Below, piece after piece: positions 51,337 through 61,538 of a stretch of DNA of 64,000 nucleotides; within the stretch, counting starts at the first letter, position 1; every line of letters begins with the position of its first letter. The notes beneath the pieces are model-generated. The model saw only the letters and a program-made list of their open reading frames with translations. It had not been told where the DNA came from and did no database searches. Location: the NCBI GenBank assembly GCA_031459765.1, contig JAVKHY010000002.1:257350-321349 (forward strand), read 5' to 3'. Origin of the DNA: Candidatus Kaftiobacterium secundum. Its GTDB lineage: Bacteria; Sysuimicrobiota; Sysuimicrobiia; Sysuimicrobiales; Kaftiobacteriaceae. The translations under genes were made by a program, and so were the position numbers.

Positions 51337-52875
51337 TTGATGTCAAGCGCATCGCGGCCTGCAGGGTCCGCTCCCCCGCTCCTGCTGCTGAAGGAGATCA
51401 CCAAACAGTTTCCGGGGGTGGTGGCCAACGACCGCGTGACGGTTGACGTCCAGGCGGGCGAAGTGCACGCGCTGTTGGGCGAGAACGGCGCCGGCAAGAC
51501 CACGCTGGTCAAGGTGCTGTACGGAATCCACCAGCCCGACGCCGGCGAGATCCTCCTGCGCGGCCGGCCGGTACGGATCCGGGCCCCCCGCGACGCCCTG
51601 CGCCTGGGCATCGGCATGGTTCCCCAGCACTTCCTCCTGGTCCGCCGGCACACGGTGGCGGAGAACGTGTGCCTGGGGCTGGAGGGGACTCCGGCCCTGT
51701 TCCCGGCCCGTCAGGTGGAACGGCGCATCAGGGAACTGGGCGACCGGTACGGTCTGGTCGTGGATCCCCGCGCCCCGGTCTGGAGCCTCTCCATCAGCGA
51801 GCAGCAGCGGGTGGAGATCCTCAAGGCGCTGATGCGCGGCGCGGAGATTCTCGTCCTGGACGAGCCAACGAGCGTGCTCACCCCGCAGGAGGCGCAGGGC
51901 CTCTTCGCCGTGATGCGCCGGATGACGGAGGAAGGCCACGCCGTGATCTTCATCACCCACAAGCTGGACGAGGTCCTGGCCGTGGCCGACCGCATCACCG
52001 TGCTGCGCAAGGGCCGGGTGGTGGAGACGCTGGCCGCCGGGAGCGCCGACAAGCGCCTGCTGGCGCGGATGATGGTCGGGCGCGATGTGGAGTTCCGGCT
52101 CACCCGGGCCCCGGCCGCGCCCCGGGGCGAGGGCCTCCGGCTCGAGGAGGTCTGGGCGCTGAACGACCGCGGCCTGCCGGCACTGCGGGGCGCGTCCTTC
52201 ACCGTGCAGCGGGGGGAGATCGTCGGGGTGGCGGGCGTGGCCGGGAACGGCCAGCGGGAACTGGTCGAGGTGATCACCGGGCTGCGCCGGATCCTGCGGG
52301 GCCGGGTATGGGTGCTGGGGCGGGACGTCACCAACGGCGACGCCCGGATGGTCCTGGAGACCGGGGCGGCCCACATTCCGGAAGAACGGATGCGGGCGGG
52401 GATCGTGGGCGCGATGTCGGTGGCCGAGAACCTGGTGCTGCGCCGCTACCGCGAGGCACCCTTTTCCCGCGGCCCGCTGCTCAACCCTCAGGCCATCCAC
52501 GGCTTCGCCCTGCGCATGATGAGCGCCTACGGCATCGCCGCGCCGTCCCCGCGCGCCCCGGCGCGGACCCTCTCCGGCGGCAATGTCCAGCGGCTGATCC
52601 TGGCGCGGGAACTGTCCGGAGAGCCGGGCCTTGTGATCGCCGCCCACCCCACCTCGGGGCTGGACATCAGCGCCACGGAGCAGATCCACACGCTGCTGCT
52701 CCGCCGGCGCGAGGAGGGCGCCGGGATCCTCCTGGTCTCGGAGGACCTGGACGAGATCCTTACCCTCTCCGACCGCATTGTGGTCATGTTCGGCGGCCAG
52801 GTCGTGGCCGTCGTGCCCGCCGCCGAGGCCGACCGGGAACGGATCGGACTGATGATGACGGGACAGCGGCCGTGA
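51337..52875 (+). CDS. ABC transporter ATP-binding protein with duplicated NBD (nucleoside/BMP-type)
   Basis: Two Walker A motifs (GENGAGKTT; GVAGNGQRE), LSGG signatures, ~512 aa. Confidence 0.85.
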   Translation: MMSSASRPAGSAPPLLLLKEITKQFPGVVANDRVTVDVQAGEVHALLGENGAGKTTLVKVLYGIHQPDAGEILLRGRPVRIRAPRDALRLGIGMVPQHFLLVRRHTVAENVCLGLEGTPALFPARQVERRIRELGDRYGLVVDPRAPVWSLSISEQQRVEILKALMRGAEILVLDEPTSVLTPQEAQGLFAVMRRMTEEGHAVIFITHKLDEVLAVADRITVLRKGRVVETLAAGSADKRLLARMMVGRDVEFRLTRAPAAPRGEGLRLEEVWALNDRGLPALRGASFTVQRGEIVGVAGVAGNGQRELVEVITGLRRILRGRVWVLGRDVTNGDARMVLETGAAHIPEERMRAGIVGAMSVAENLVLRRYREAPFSRGPLLNPQAIHGFALRMMSAYGIAAPSPRAPARTLSGGNVQRLILARELSGEPGLVIAAHPTSGLDISATEQIHTLLLRRREEGAGILLVSEDLDEILTLSDRIVVMFGGQVVAVVPAAEADRERIGLMMTGQRP

Positions 52876-54011
52876 GAGTCGGGCCCGTGGTCGTCGAGCG
52901 TCGGGACGCCCCCTCCTGGAGCTGGACGTTGGCGATCTCCGCCCTGGCCGTGGGGATGGCCCTGACCCTGGCCGGCGCCATCTTCTGGAGTTACGGCGTC
53001 CCGCCGCTGCGGGCCTACGGCGTCATCGTCCGGGGCACCCTGTTCAATGCGCGCGCCGCGCCGGAGATCGTGCGCAACGCCATCCCTCTGCTGCTGGCCG
53101 GGGTGGGGCTGGTGCTGGCCTTTCGCGCGCTGTTCTGGAACATCGGCGCGGAGGGCCAGATCCTCCTGGGGGCCACGGCCGCCACCTGGGTGGCGCTCTT
53201 CTCCCCGGTCCCCGACGCCTGGAAGCTCCCGGCGATGTTCGCCGCCGGCTTCGTCGGCGGCGCGCTGTGGGGGCTGATCCCCGCGCTCCTCAAGCTGCGC
53301 TTCGCGGTGAACGAGGTCATCTCCACGCTGATGATGAACTACATCGCCCTGTACCTGGTGTCGTGGCTGGTGCACGGTCCGTGGAAGGGCCCGGAGATGC
53401 GGGGCTTCGCCTTCACCAACGCCTTCCCCGCCGCGGCCCGGATCCCGACGATCGCCGACACGCGCGTCCACTGGCCCACGCTGATGCTGGGGCTCCTGCT
53501 GGCTGCGGCGGTGGCGTACCTGCTGGCCCGGACGCGGGCCGGCTTCGAGATCCGGATGCAGGGGGAGAACCCCGAGGCGGCCCGCTACGCCGGGGTCGAC
53601 CCGCTGCGGACCACGATGCTGGTGATGGTGATCGCCGGAGGGGCGGCGGGCCTGGCCGGCGTGGGGGAGGTGGGCGGCATCCATCACCGACTGCTCGACC
53701 CCACCCAGATCTCCCTGGGATTCGGCTACGCGGCGATCATTGTCGCCTGGCTGGCCCGCGGGAGCCCCCTGGCGGCAATCGGGACGGCCGCATTCCTGGG
53801 CCTGATTTTCGCCAGCGGCGACGTGATGCGCGTGGCGCTGCAGATGCCGGCCCGCGTCACCGACGTCTTCAACGGACTGATCCTGTTCTGCCTCATCGGC
53901 AGCGAGCGCGCCCTCTCCTGGCGGCTGCGCTGGGCCCCCGGGGGGGCCCGGCAGCCCGCGGCCGCCCCGCCCGAGACCGTCGCCTCCGAGGCGCCGGGGA
54001 GTGATCGCTGA
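52872..54011 (+). CDS. ABC transporter permease (BMP/nucleoside uptake system)
   Basis: GTG overlapping the ATPase stop (GTGA). ~10 TM branched-chain/ribose-type permease fold. The long frame-0 ORF 51669-54011 is real only from 52872 onward. Confidence 0.7.
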   Translation: MRVGPVVVERRDAPSWSWTLAISALAVGMALTLAGAIFWSYGVPPLRAYGVIVRGTLFNARAAPEIVRNAIPLLLAGVGLVLAFRALFWNIGAEGQILLGATAATWVALFSPVPDAWKLPAMFAAGFVGGALWGLIPALLKLRFAVNEVISTLMMNYIALYLVSWLVHGPWKGPEMRGFAFTNAFPAAARIPTIADTRVHWPTLMLGLLLAAAVAYLLARTRAGFEIRMQGENPEAARYAGVDPLRTTMLVMVIAGGAAGLAGVGEVGGIHHRLLDPTQISLGFGYAAIIVAWLARGSPLAAIGTAAFLGLIFASGDVMRVALQMPARVTDVFNGLILFCLIGSERALSWRLRWAPGGARQPAAAPPETVASEAPGSDR

Positions 54012-54874
54012 TGGCCGGCGAGTGGATCCTCAACACGATCGTGCGCGGGATCGCCCTGGGCACGCCCCTGCTCTGGGCGGCGCTGGGGGAGGTCTACGCG
54101 GAACGCTCCGGGGTGGTCAACCTCGGGGTCGAAGGGATGATGGTCCTCGGCGCCTTCGCCGCCTTCGCCCTGGCCCAGGCCAGCGGGCTTCCCTACCTGG
54201 GTCTGCTGCTCGCCGCAGGCGTGGGGGCGCTGGCCGCCCTGCTGCACGCCTTCGTCGTGATCACCCTTCGGGCCAACCAGTACGTCTCCGGTCTAGCCCT
54301 GACGATGCTCGGCCTGGGCCTCTCCGCCCTGCTGGGACGGCGCTGGGAGGGGCTGCCGCTGCTGAACACGCTGCCGGAGATTTCCCCGCTCACCTACGGC
54401 GGCCTGCTGCTGGCCGGGATGCTGTGGCTCGTCCTGTATCACACGCGCTGGGGCATCATCCTCCGCTCCACGGGGGAGTCGCCGGCCGCCGTGGACACCA
54501 TGGGGTTGAACGTCTTCTTGGTGCGCTACTTGGCCGTCGTCTTCGGCGGCGCCCTGGCCGGCGTGGGCGGAGGCCTGCTCTCCGTGGCCTACCGGCCGTC
54601 GTGGACGGAGGGGATGACCGTGGGGTTGGGCTGGATCGCCATCGCCATCACGATCTTCGCCTCCTGGGATCCGCTGCGGGCCGCGACCGGCGCCTTCCTG
54701 TTCGGGGCGCTGTTCCACCTCTCGTTTCGCCTCCAGACCTGGGTGGCTCCGGAACCGCTGCAGATGATGCCCTTCGCCGTCACCATCCTGGTGCTGGCTG
54801 TGGTCACCCGGCGGGGCGGCGCCCAGGGCGTCCCGGAGGCGCTGGGGATCCCCTACACGCGCGGAGAATCTTGA
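54011..54874 (+). CDS. ABC transporter permease (second subunit)
   Basis: Polytopic permease, translationally coupled to the preceding gene. Confidence 0.8.
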   Translation: MAGEWILNTIVRGIALGTPLLWAALGEVYAERSGVVNLGVEGMMVLGAFAAFALAQASGLPYLGLLLAAGVGALAALLHAFVVITLRANQYVSGLALTMLGLGLSALLGRRWEGLPLLNTLPEISPLTYGGLLLAGMLWLVLYHTRWGIILRSTGESPAAVDTMGLNVFLVRYLAVVFGGALAGVGGGLLSVAYRPSWTEGMTVGLGWIAIAITIFASWDPLRAATGAFLFGALFHLSFRLQTWVAPEPLQMMPFAVTILVLAVVTRRGGAQGVPEALGIPYTRGES

Positions 54875-54935
54875 AGAAGGAGGTGCAGAGGCGGGCGAGG
54901 TAGGATAGTGCAGCGTCGGACGGGGGAGGGAAACG

Positions 54936-56084
54936 ATGCGAGTGCTCAGAGCGTTGCTCGTCGTGGTGGTGATCCTCACCTTCGCCGCATCCGGGGGGGC
55001 TCAGGCGAAGCTGAAGGTGGGCTTCATCTACGTCGGACCGATCGGCGACTACGGCTGGACGCACGCCCACGACCAGGGCCGGAAGATCGCCGAAAAACAG
55101 CTGCCCATCGAAACGCTCTACGTCGAATCGGTGCCTGAGGCGCAGGTCGAGCCCTTCATCGACAAGCTGATCCAGCAGGGCGCCCGGGTCGTGCTGACGA
55201 CCAGCTTCGGCTTCATGGACGGCACCCTGGCCATGGCCAAGCGCTACCCCAACATCATCTTCGGCCACGCCAGCGGGTTCAAGCGCAACCACAATATGTT
55301 CACCTACATGGCCGACTTCTACCAGGTCTACTACCTGAACGGGCTGATGGCCGGCGCGCTGACCCGAAGCGGCAAGGTAGGGTACGTGGGGGCCTTCCCC
55401 ATCCCCGAGGTCAAACGGCACATGGGCGCCTTCGCCCTGGGCGTGCGGGCCGTCAATCCCCGGGCCACCGTGCATGTCCGCTGGCTGTTCTCCTGGTTCG
55501 ACCCGGCGAAGGCCAAGGAGGCCACCGAGGCGCTGATCGCCGAGGGCGTCGACGTCTTCGCCTTCACGGAAGACTCGCCCACCGTGGTGCAGGTCGCCAG
55601 CAAGCGCAACCTTCCCAGCTTCGGCCACTACTCGCCGATGCAACGCTTCGCCCCGCGCCACGTCGTCTCGGGACAGCTGGTGCACTGGGAGCGCATCTAC
55701 ATCGACTTCCTCTCCAAGGTGCTGGCCGGCAGATACACCGCGGAGAACCTGCAGAACGTCGACTACTGGTGGCTGCTGGCGGAGAAGGCGGTGGAACTCG
55801 GCGGCGACTTCGGCGTGCCCGTCAACCCCGTCTGGATCCCGAAACTGCAGGCGGTGAAGGTGCAGACCCGGGAGTTCGGCCAGATCTCCGTCTACGACCT
55901 GGTGAACCGCCGCCTGGCGCAGATGTCGAGGACGCCGGTGGCCTTCGACCCCTTCACCGGACCGATCCGGGACCGCAAGGGGCGCCTGGTGGTCCCGGCG
56001 GGGAAGACGATGACCGTCGCGGAACTGACCACGATGGAATGGGCCGCGCCGGGTATCGTCGGTCCCTGGCCCAAGGAACCGTAA
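54936..56084 (+). CDS. BMP-family (PnrA/Med-like) ABC substrate-binding lipoprotein
   Basis: Signal peptide; KVGFIYVGPIGDYGW...VVLTTSFGF...AFPIPEV hallmarks of basic-membrane-protein SBPs. RBS GGGGGAGGG. Confidence 0.8.
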   Translation: MRVLRALLVVVVILTFAASGGAQAKLKVGFIYVGPIGDYGWTHAHDQGRKIAEKQLPIETLYVESVPEAQVEPFIDKLIQQGARVVLTTSFGFMDGTLAMAKRYPNIIFGHASGFKRNHNMFTYMADFYQVYYLNGLMAGALTRSGKVGYVGAFPIPEVKRHMGAFALGVRAVNPRATVHVRWLFSWFDPAKAKEATEALIAEGVDVFAFTEDSPTVVQVASKRNLPSFGHYSPMQRFAPRHVVSGQLVHWERIYIDFLSKVLAGRYTAENLQNVDYWWLLAEKAVELGGDFGVPVNPVWIPKLQAVKVQTREFGQISVYDLVNRRLAQMSRTPVAFDPFTGPIRDRKGRLVVPAGKTMTVAELTTMEWAAPGIVGPWPKEP

Positions 56085-56150
56085 AGTTCGCGCACCCGTA
56101 ACGGAGGCACGGCGGGATTCCCGGTGGGGAGGCCCGCCGTGCCTGCCCCC

Positions 56151-56774
56151 ATGGCAGACGTCTCTGGCATCATCCTGGCCGGGGGACGGAGCCGCCGCCT
56201 GGGCCGGGACAAGCGCGACGTCATCGTGGGCGGCGTGGCGCTGCTGGATCGGGCCGTAGCCCTGTGCGCGCCGCTCGTCGACGGGCTCCTGATCGTGGCC
56301 CGCGAGGCCGGTCCGCCCCGCCGCGGCGTCCCCGTCGTCGCCGACGAGATATCCGATCGCGGGCCGATGGCCGGCGTGCTGACCGGCCTGCGCCGCAGCC
56401 GGCACCCCAGGATGCTGGTCATCCCGGTGGACATGCCGCTGCTGACGGCGGAGTTTCTGCGCTTTCTGATCCGGATCGCCCCCGAGGCCGAGATCACCGT
56501 CCCCAGGTGGGAGCGGGGGATCGAACCGCTCGTCGCGGTCTACACGCGGTCCTGTCTCGGCCCGCTCGCCGACGCCCTGGCCCGCGGCGCGACCGCCCTG
56601 CACGCCTTCATCCAGTCCGCGGGCCGCTCCGTGCGGTTCGTGGACGCCTCGGAGATCGCACCCTTCGGCCGGCCGGAACGGCTGTTCTTCAACATCAACA
56701 CGGCGGAGGAGGTCGCCGCGGCGGAGGCGATGCTGGCGGAGGAGATCAGGCCTTCGCGATCTGCACCGCCGTGA
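56151..56774 (+). CDS. mobA: molybdenum-cofactor guanylyltransferase
   Basis: N-terminal GIILAGGRSRRLG..DK motif, ~207 aa. Confidence 0.75.
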   Translation: MADVSGIILAGGRSRRLGRDKRDVIVGGVALLDRAVALCAPLVDGLLIVAREAGPPRRGVPVVADEISDRGPMAGVLTGLRRSRHPRMLVIPVDMPLLTAEFLRFLIRIAPEAEITVPRWERGIEPLVAVYTRSCLGPLADALARGATALHAFIQSAGRSVRFVDASEIAPFGRPERLFFNINTAEEVAAAEAMLAEEIRPSRSAPP

Positions 56775-59409
56775 CTTTGTACTCCGGGGTGGCGGTCTGG
56801 GGATCGCGGTGCGGGCCGGTGACGCGGTTCAGGAAGATCTCCGCCGTGTGAAAGGTGGCGAAGACCACACCCGGTCCGACGGCCGTGGTCAGGCGTACGG
56901 GGAGGACGGCGGCGCCGTAGCGGCTGCGGACCGCGGCCCGCTCGCCGTCCCGCAGCCCCAGCGCCCGGGCGTCCTCCGGGTGGAGATCCAGCACGTCGGA
57001 GGGACGCAGCTCGCTGTTGGCCGTACGGGCGGTCATCGTGCCGGCGTTGAATTGATAGAGATTCCGGCCGGTGATCAGCACAAAGGGGAACTCCGCGCTC
57101 GGCGCTTCGGGGGTCGGCCGGTACGCGATGCGGCGCAGCGTCGCCCGCGCCCCGATCGGGAAACCCCGGCCGTGGAGCAGGGGCGTGCCGGGATGGTCCT
57201 CCGAAGGGCACGGCCACTGCAACCCGCCCTGCTCCAGCCGGGCAAAGGAGATGCCGGCGCCGGCGGGCCAGACCCTGCGGATCTCATTCCAGATCTCCTC
57301 GGCGGACCGAAAGGCAAAGTGCTCCCCCTTCCCCATCGCCGCGGCCACGGCGCAGAGGATCTGCCAGTCGGGCCGGGACTGGCCGACCGGCGGCAGCGCC
57401 TGCCGGATCCGCTGCACGCGCCGTTCCGAGTTCATGAACGTGCCGTCCTTCTCGAACGACGAGGCGCAGGGGAAGAAGACCGTGCCGTACCGGCGGGCCG
57501 TCTCCTGGAGGAAAAGGTCCTGGACGATGACCAGGTCCATCGCGGCGAAGGCCTGCTCCGTCGTCCCGGCGTCGGGATTGGTGAGGAGGACGTCCCAGCC
57601 GATGACCCACAGCGCCCGGAACGCGCCGGCCCGGGCGGCGTCCAGCATCTGCATCGCGTTCAGGCCTCCGGCCGCGGGGATCGGCGCCCCCCAGACCTGC
57701 TCGAACAGCGCCCGGCCGTCCGCGACCGGCACGAACCCGGTCAGGTTGTCCGGCTCGCAGCCCATATGGGCCGCGCCCTGCACGTTGTTCTGCCCCCGCA
57801 GCGGATTGATCCCCGTGCCGGGCCGGCCGACGTTGCCGGTGAGCAGGGCCAGATTCGCCAGGCACATCACACCCTCCGTGCCCTGCGTGTGCTCGGTGAC
57901 GCCCAGCCCGTGAAACATGAGCGACGGCTTCTCGGTCGCATACAGGCGCGCGGCGTCCCGGATGGACCGCGCCTCGACGCCGCACAGGTCCGCCACCCGC
58001 TCCGGCGCGTAGGTCCGGATGAACTCCCGGTAGGCCTCCACGCCGTCGGCCCGCAGCGCCAGGAAGGCCTCGTCGGCCAGCCCCTCTTCCAGGACGGCGG
58101 CGGCCATGGCGTTGAGCAGCGGCACGTTCGTGCCCGGCCGCAGCTGCAGGTGGTAATCGGCGTAGTCGGCCAGCTCGATCCGGCGCGGGTCGATCACGAT
58201 CAGCCGGGCGCCGCGCAACACGGCCTGCTTGATGCGCGCGCCCACGATGGGGTGGTTCTCGGTGGCGTTGGTCCCGCAGAGCAGGATCGTTCGGGCGCGC
58301 TCAATGTCGTCGAAGGAGGAGGTGGCCGCCCCCGTGCCCAGCATCGCCCGGAGGGCCGCGGCGCTGGGCGCGTGGCAGACGCGGGCGCAGCAGTCCACGT
58401 TGTTGGTCTGCAGCACGACCCGCGCGAACTTCTGGGCCAGGTAGTTCTCCTCGTTGGTGGCGCGCGCCGACCCCAGCACCCCGACGCTTGGCGGGCCGTG
58501 CTGCGCCGCGATCTCCCGCAGCCGCCGGGCGGCAAAGGAGATCGCCTCATCCCACGAGGTCTCGCGCCAGCGCGCACCCTCTCGAATCAGCGGTGTGGTG
58601 ATCCGGTCCGGCGCGTGCACGAAGGTGAAGGCATAGCGCCCTTTCACGCACAGATGCCCCTTGTTCACCGGCGCCTCCAGGACGGGTTTCACCTGGACGA
58701 GACGGCCATTCCGCGTGCCGGCGAGCAGCTCGCAGCCCACACCGCAATAGGGGCAGGTCGTCCGGGTCCACGTCGTCGGCGCGCCCTCGGCCAGCACCGA
58801 CCGGTCCTCAAGGGCCCCGGTCGGACAGGTATCGACGCAGGCCCCGCAGCTCACGCAGGTGCTGTCGGCGAAGGCGCCGCCGGAGTCGGGGACGATCTTA
58901 CTGCGGTCTCCACGCTCCCACACCTGCCAGACGAACTGCCCCTGCACCTCCTCGCAGATCCGCACACAGCGGTAGCACGAAATACACTGCGCCATGTCCA
59001 CCCGGAGATACGGGTGTGACTCGTCCACCTCAGGGGCCACAGACCCGGGCAGCTCGTCCGTGAGCCCGTAGGCTCGCAGGTAGCGATGGAACTCCTTGTC
59101 CGGATCCCGCAGGACGGCGTCCCGAGGGTACCGGCGGGCCAGCATCCGCAGGAGGCTGCGGCGCAGCGACTCCACTTCCGGCGCGTGGCTCTCGATCACC
59201 ATGCCGTCGGCGAGCGGCGTGGTGCAGGCCGTCGGGGGGCGCGGGAAGCCGTCGATCTTCACCGCGCAGAGCCGGCACCCCCCGTAGGGCGCGAGCCGGG
59301 GATCAAAACACACCTGCGGAACGTGGACGCCGATGGACTCCAGCGCAGCCAGCACGGTCAGACCGTCCCGGAACTCGCAGGTCCGACCGTTTACCGTGAC
59401 CCGAACCAC
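56746..59409 (-). CDS. fdsA: NAD-dependent formate dehydrogenase alpha subunit (FdsA type: 2Fe-2S, 4Fe-4S and Mo-bisPGD domains)
   Basis: N-terminal plant-ferredoxin-like 2Fe-2S (VTVNGRT...CRLC), ferredoxin CxxCxxC motifs, CPYCGVGC molybdopterin-domain cluster. GTG start with AAAGGA RBS. Confidence 0.85.
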   Translation of the reverse strand: MVRVTVNGRTCEFRDGLTVLAALESIGVHVPQVCFDPRLAPYGGCRLCAVKIDGFPRPPTACTTPLADGMVIESHAPEVESLRRSLLRMLARRYPRDAVLRDPDKEFHRYLRAYGLTDELPGSVAPEVDESHPYLRVDMAQCISCYRCVRICEEVQGQFVWQVWERGDRSKIVPDSGGAFADSTCVSCGACVDTCPTGALEDRSVLAEGAPTTWTRTTCPYCGVGCELLAGTRNGRLVQVKPVLEAPVNKGHLCVKGRYAFTFVHAPDRITTPLIREGARWRETSWDEAISFAARRLREIAAQHGPPSVGVLGSARATNEENYLAQKFARVVLQTNNVDCCARVCHAPSAAALRAMLGTGAATSSFDDIERARTILLCGTNATENHPIVGARIKQAVLRGARLIVIDPRRIELADYADYHLQLRPGTNVPLLNAMAAAVLEEGLADEAFLALRADGVEAYREFIRTYAPERVADLCGVEARSIRDAARLYATEKPSLMFHGLGVTEHTQGTEGVMCLANLALLTGNVGRPGTGINPLRGQNNVQGAAHMGCEPDNLTGFVPVADGRALFEQVWGAPIPAAGGLNAMQMLDAARAGAFRALWVIGWDVLLTNPDAGTTEQAFAAMDLVIVQDLFLQETARRYGTVFFPCASSFEKDGTFMNSERRVQRIRQALPPVGQSRPDWQILCAVAAAMGKGEHFAFRSAEEIWNEIRRVWPAGAGISFARLEQGGLQWPCPSEDHPGTPLLHGRGFPIGARATLRRIAYRPTPEAPSAEFPFVLITGRNLYQFNAGTMTARTANSELRPSDVLDLHPEDARALGLRDGERAAVRSRYGAAVLPVRLTTAVGPGVVFATFHTAEIFLNRVTGPHRDPQTATPEYKVTAVQIAKA

Positions 59410-60860
59410 GAGGCCACATCCTTTCCGTAGTAGCGCACGATGCTCTCGACGAACTCCCCCAGCCCGATTCCGTGGCCGCACAGGCTGGTCTGGCGCAGCG
59501 CCGGGACGATCGCCTCGAACTCGGCACGCGCCGCCGCCGGCAGGCGGCCCTGCATCCCCTCTGCCAGCATGCGCTCCACCGCGGCGGAGCCCACCCGGCA
59601 GGGCGTGCACTTGCCGCAGGACTCAAAGGCCGCGAAGCGGAAGACGTGGTGGACGAGCTCCAGGATCGAGGTGTGGCCGTCGAAGGCCACCACGCCCCCG
59701 TGCCCCACGGCCGCGCCGGCCGCCCGCAGTTCCTCGAAGCCGAAGGGCGTGTCGAACTGCTCCGGCGGGAGCACCCCGGCCAGCGGGCCGCCGATGATGA
59801 CGCCGCGGACCGGCCCGGTCGTCAACCCGCCCCCCAGTTCCTCGACGATGTGGCGCACCGAGACCCCGAACTCGATTTCGTACAGTCCCGGCCGCCGGAA
59901 CAGGGAGTTGAGCGAGACGACCTTCGTGCCGCGGCTGCGCGAGAATCCCAGGCGCCGATAGGCCTCGGGGCCGTGGCGGACGATCCAGGGGATGCTGGCC
60001 AGCGTCTCCACGTTGTTGACGAGCGTGGGACGGCCAAAGAGACCGGAGGTGGCGGGATAGGGCGGACGCGTGCGGACTTCCGGCCGTTTCCCCTCGATCG
60101 CGTTCAGCAGGGCCGTCTCTTCCCCGCAGACGTAGCTCCCCTGGCCGAGGACGAGCTCCACCTCGAAGGAGAACGGCGAGCCCAGAATCCGGTCCCCGAG
60201 CAGCCCGGCGCGCCGCGCCTCGTCGAGCGCCCTGACGAGAACTTCGCGGGCCTGAGGATATTCCTTGCGCAGGTAGATGTAGCCCCGACGCGCGCCGGTG
60301 GCGTGCCCGGCGATGGTCATCGCTTCGATCAGGCAGAAGGGATCCTCCTCGAGGATGAACCGGTCGATATAGGCGCCCGGATCGCCCTCATCGGCGTTGG
60401 CCACGACGTACTTGACGGACCCGGGCTCCGCCGCGACGGCACGCCACTTCCTTCCCGTCGGAAAGCCGGCGCCGCCGCGGCCGCGCAGGTCCGCGCGTTC
60501 CACCGCCTGCACCACCTCCACGGGAGGCTGTCGCAGCGCCGCCTCCAGCGCGGCGTAGCCGCCCCCGGCGGTGTAGGAGGCCAGCGTCGTCGCCCCGCCC
60601 TCGACGAGGCGCTCCAGGACAATCGTCTGCGGGGCCCGGGCTTCGATCCGCGGCCGCAGGCTGTCCTCGTTCGCGGCGGGGGCCAGGTAGCACTTGCCCA
60701 GGCAATAGACCCGTGCGATCCCGGAGGTGGCCGCGGCCCACCGGGCGGCATTGAGGTGCCGGGCCACGAAACAGGCCGTGCCCTGGCAGGCCCGACCGTC
60801 GAGCGAGAGGTCTCGCAGGTGATAGAAGGACTCGACGGGCCGGCGGGCGCCGCGGCTCAC
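59391..60860 (-). CDS. fdsB: formate dehydrogenase beta subunit (NuoF-like, FMN/NAD-binding) with fused NuoE-like 2Fe-2S N-terminus
   Basis: GRGGAGFPTG FMN site, 4Fe-4S CGKCTPCR motif. N-terminal CQGTAC...CLGKC thioredoxin-like 2Fe-2S region. GTG overlaps the stop of the upstream gene (GTGA). Confidence 0.8.
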   Translation of the reverse strand: MSRGARRPVESFYHLRDLSLDGRACQGTACFVARHLNAARWAAATSGIARVYCLGKCYLAPAANEDSLRPRIEARAPQTIVLERLVEGGATTLASYTAGGGYAALEAALRQPPVEVVQAVERADLRGRGGAGFPTGRKWRAVAAEPGSVKYVVANADEGDPGAYIDRFILEEDPFCLIEAMTIAGHATGARRGYIYLRKEYPQAREVLVRALDEARRAGLLGDRILGSPFSFEVELVLGQGSYVCGEETALLNAIEGKRPEVRTRPPYPATSGLFGRPTLVNNVETLASIPWIVRHGPEAYRRLGFSRSRGTKVVSLNSLFRRPGLYEIEFGVSVRHIVEELGGGLTTGPVRGVIIGGPLAGVLPPEQFDTPFGFEELRAAGAAVGHGGVVAFDGHTSILELVHHVFRFAAFESCGKCTPCRVGSAAVERMLAEGMQGRLPAAARAEFEAIVPALRQTSLCGHGIGLGEFVESIVRYYGKDVASWFGSR

Positions 60861-61438
60861 GCGATCTCCTCGTGGTAGTAGGTGTCCCCGGCGCAGGCCC
60901 GGCACAGGATCCGACCGTTTACGACGACTTCACGCCCGTTGATGACCTCCTCTTCGCACCCCGCGCATGTCACCCGTGCGCTGGCCCGGCCGAGGAGGTC
61001 GTCCAGCGCGACCGTGAGGGCCACCGGTCGTACCGTGAGTAACTCCTCCACCGGCAGGCGCTGGTAGGCGTCCAGTTGAGCGTGCCAGCCGCTGCGCGCC
61101 CCCGGCGACACCTCCAGGGCCCGCTGGCGGATCTGCGGGCGCGGGGCGGCGCGCACCGCCCGCCGGGTGCGCAGATCGACCACCGTCGCCGCCACCCGGC
61201 CGAGGTCTACCAGGCGCATCGTCCGATGGCCGAGGGTGCAGCCGGTCGCCGCCGCGATCCCGTCCGCGAAGCAGCCGTCGGTCTCCACGAAGACATACAG
61301 GCGCCGGCGCGGCGGCGGCAGTGACACCCCCAGCGCCTCTGCCGCGGCCAGCCCGATCCGCGCGCCGAGCACCTGACGGGGGCAGAGGTGCCGATGTTGG
61401 GAGGCCGACCGAGCGAGGATCTCCTGTAACAGTGCCAT
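60857..61438 (-). CDS. FmdE-family protein (FwdE-like, putative FDH accessory/Zn-ribbon)
   Basis: HLCPRQVLGARIG motif (FmdE HxCPGxxLGxRxG) and C-terminal CAGC...CRAC zinc ribbon. 193 aa; the long ORF-table extension to 62194 is rejected. Confidence 0.7.
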   Translation of the reverse strand: MALLQEILARSASQHRHLCPRQVLGARIGLAAAEALGVSLPPPRRRLYVFVETDGCFADGIAAATGCTLGHRTMRLVDLGRVAATVVDLRTRRAVRAAPRPQIRQRALEVSPGARSGWHAQLDAYQRLPVEELLTVRPVALTVALDDLLGRASARVTCAGCEEEVINGREVVVNGRILCRACAGDTYYHEEIA

Positions 61439-61538
61439 GGTGCTCACCCCGTATTGCGGACTTTCCTCTCGACGGCACGGCCTCCTCTCCCGGGCTGCCA
61501 GGGGACGGCCCCGGACTGCTACAATGGCTGGTGCAGCT

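Noticed and set aside
51669-54011. 780-aa ORF spanning the ABC ATPase and first permease
   Set aside because: The N-terminal two-thirds is an alternative frame across the ATPase gene (Arg/Gly-rich). Only the portion from the GTG at 52872 encodes the permease.
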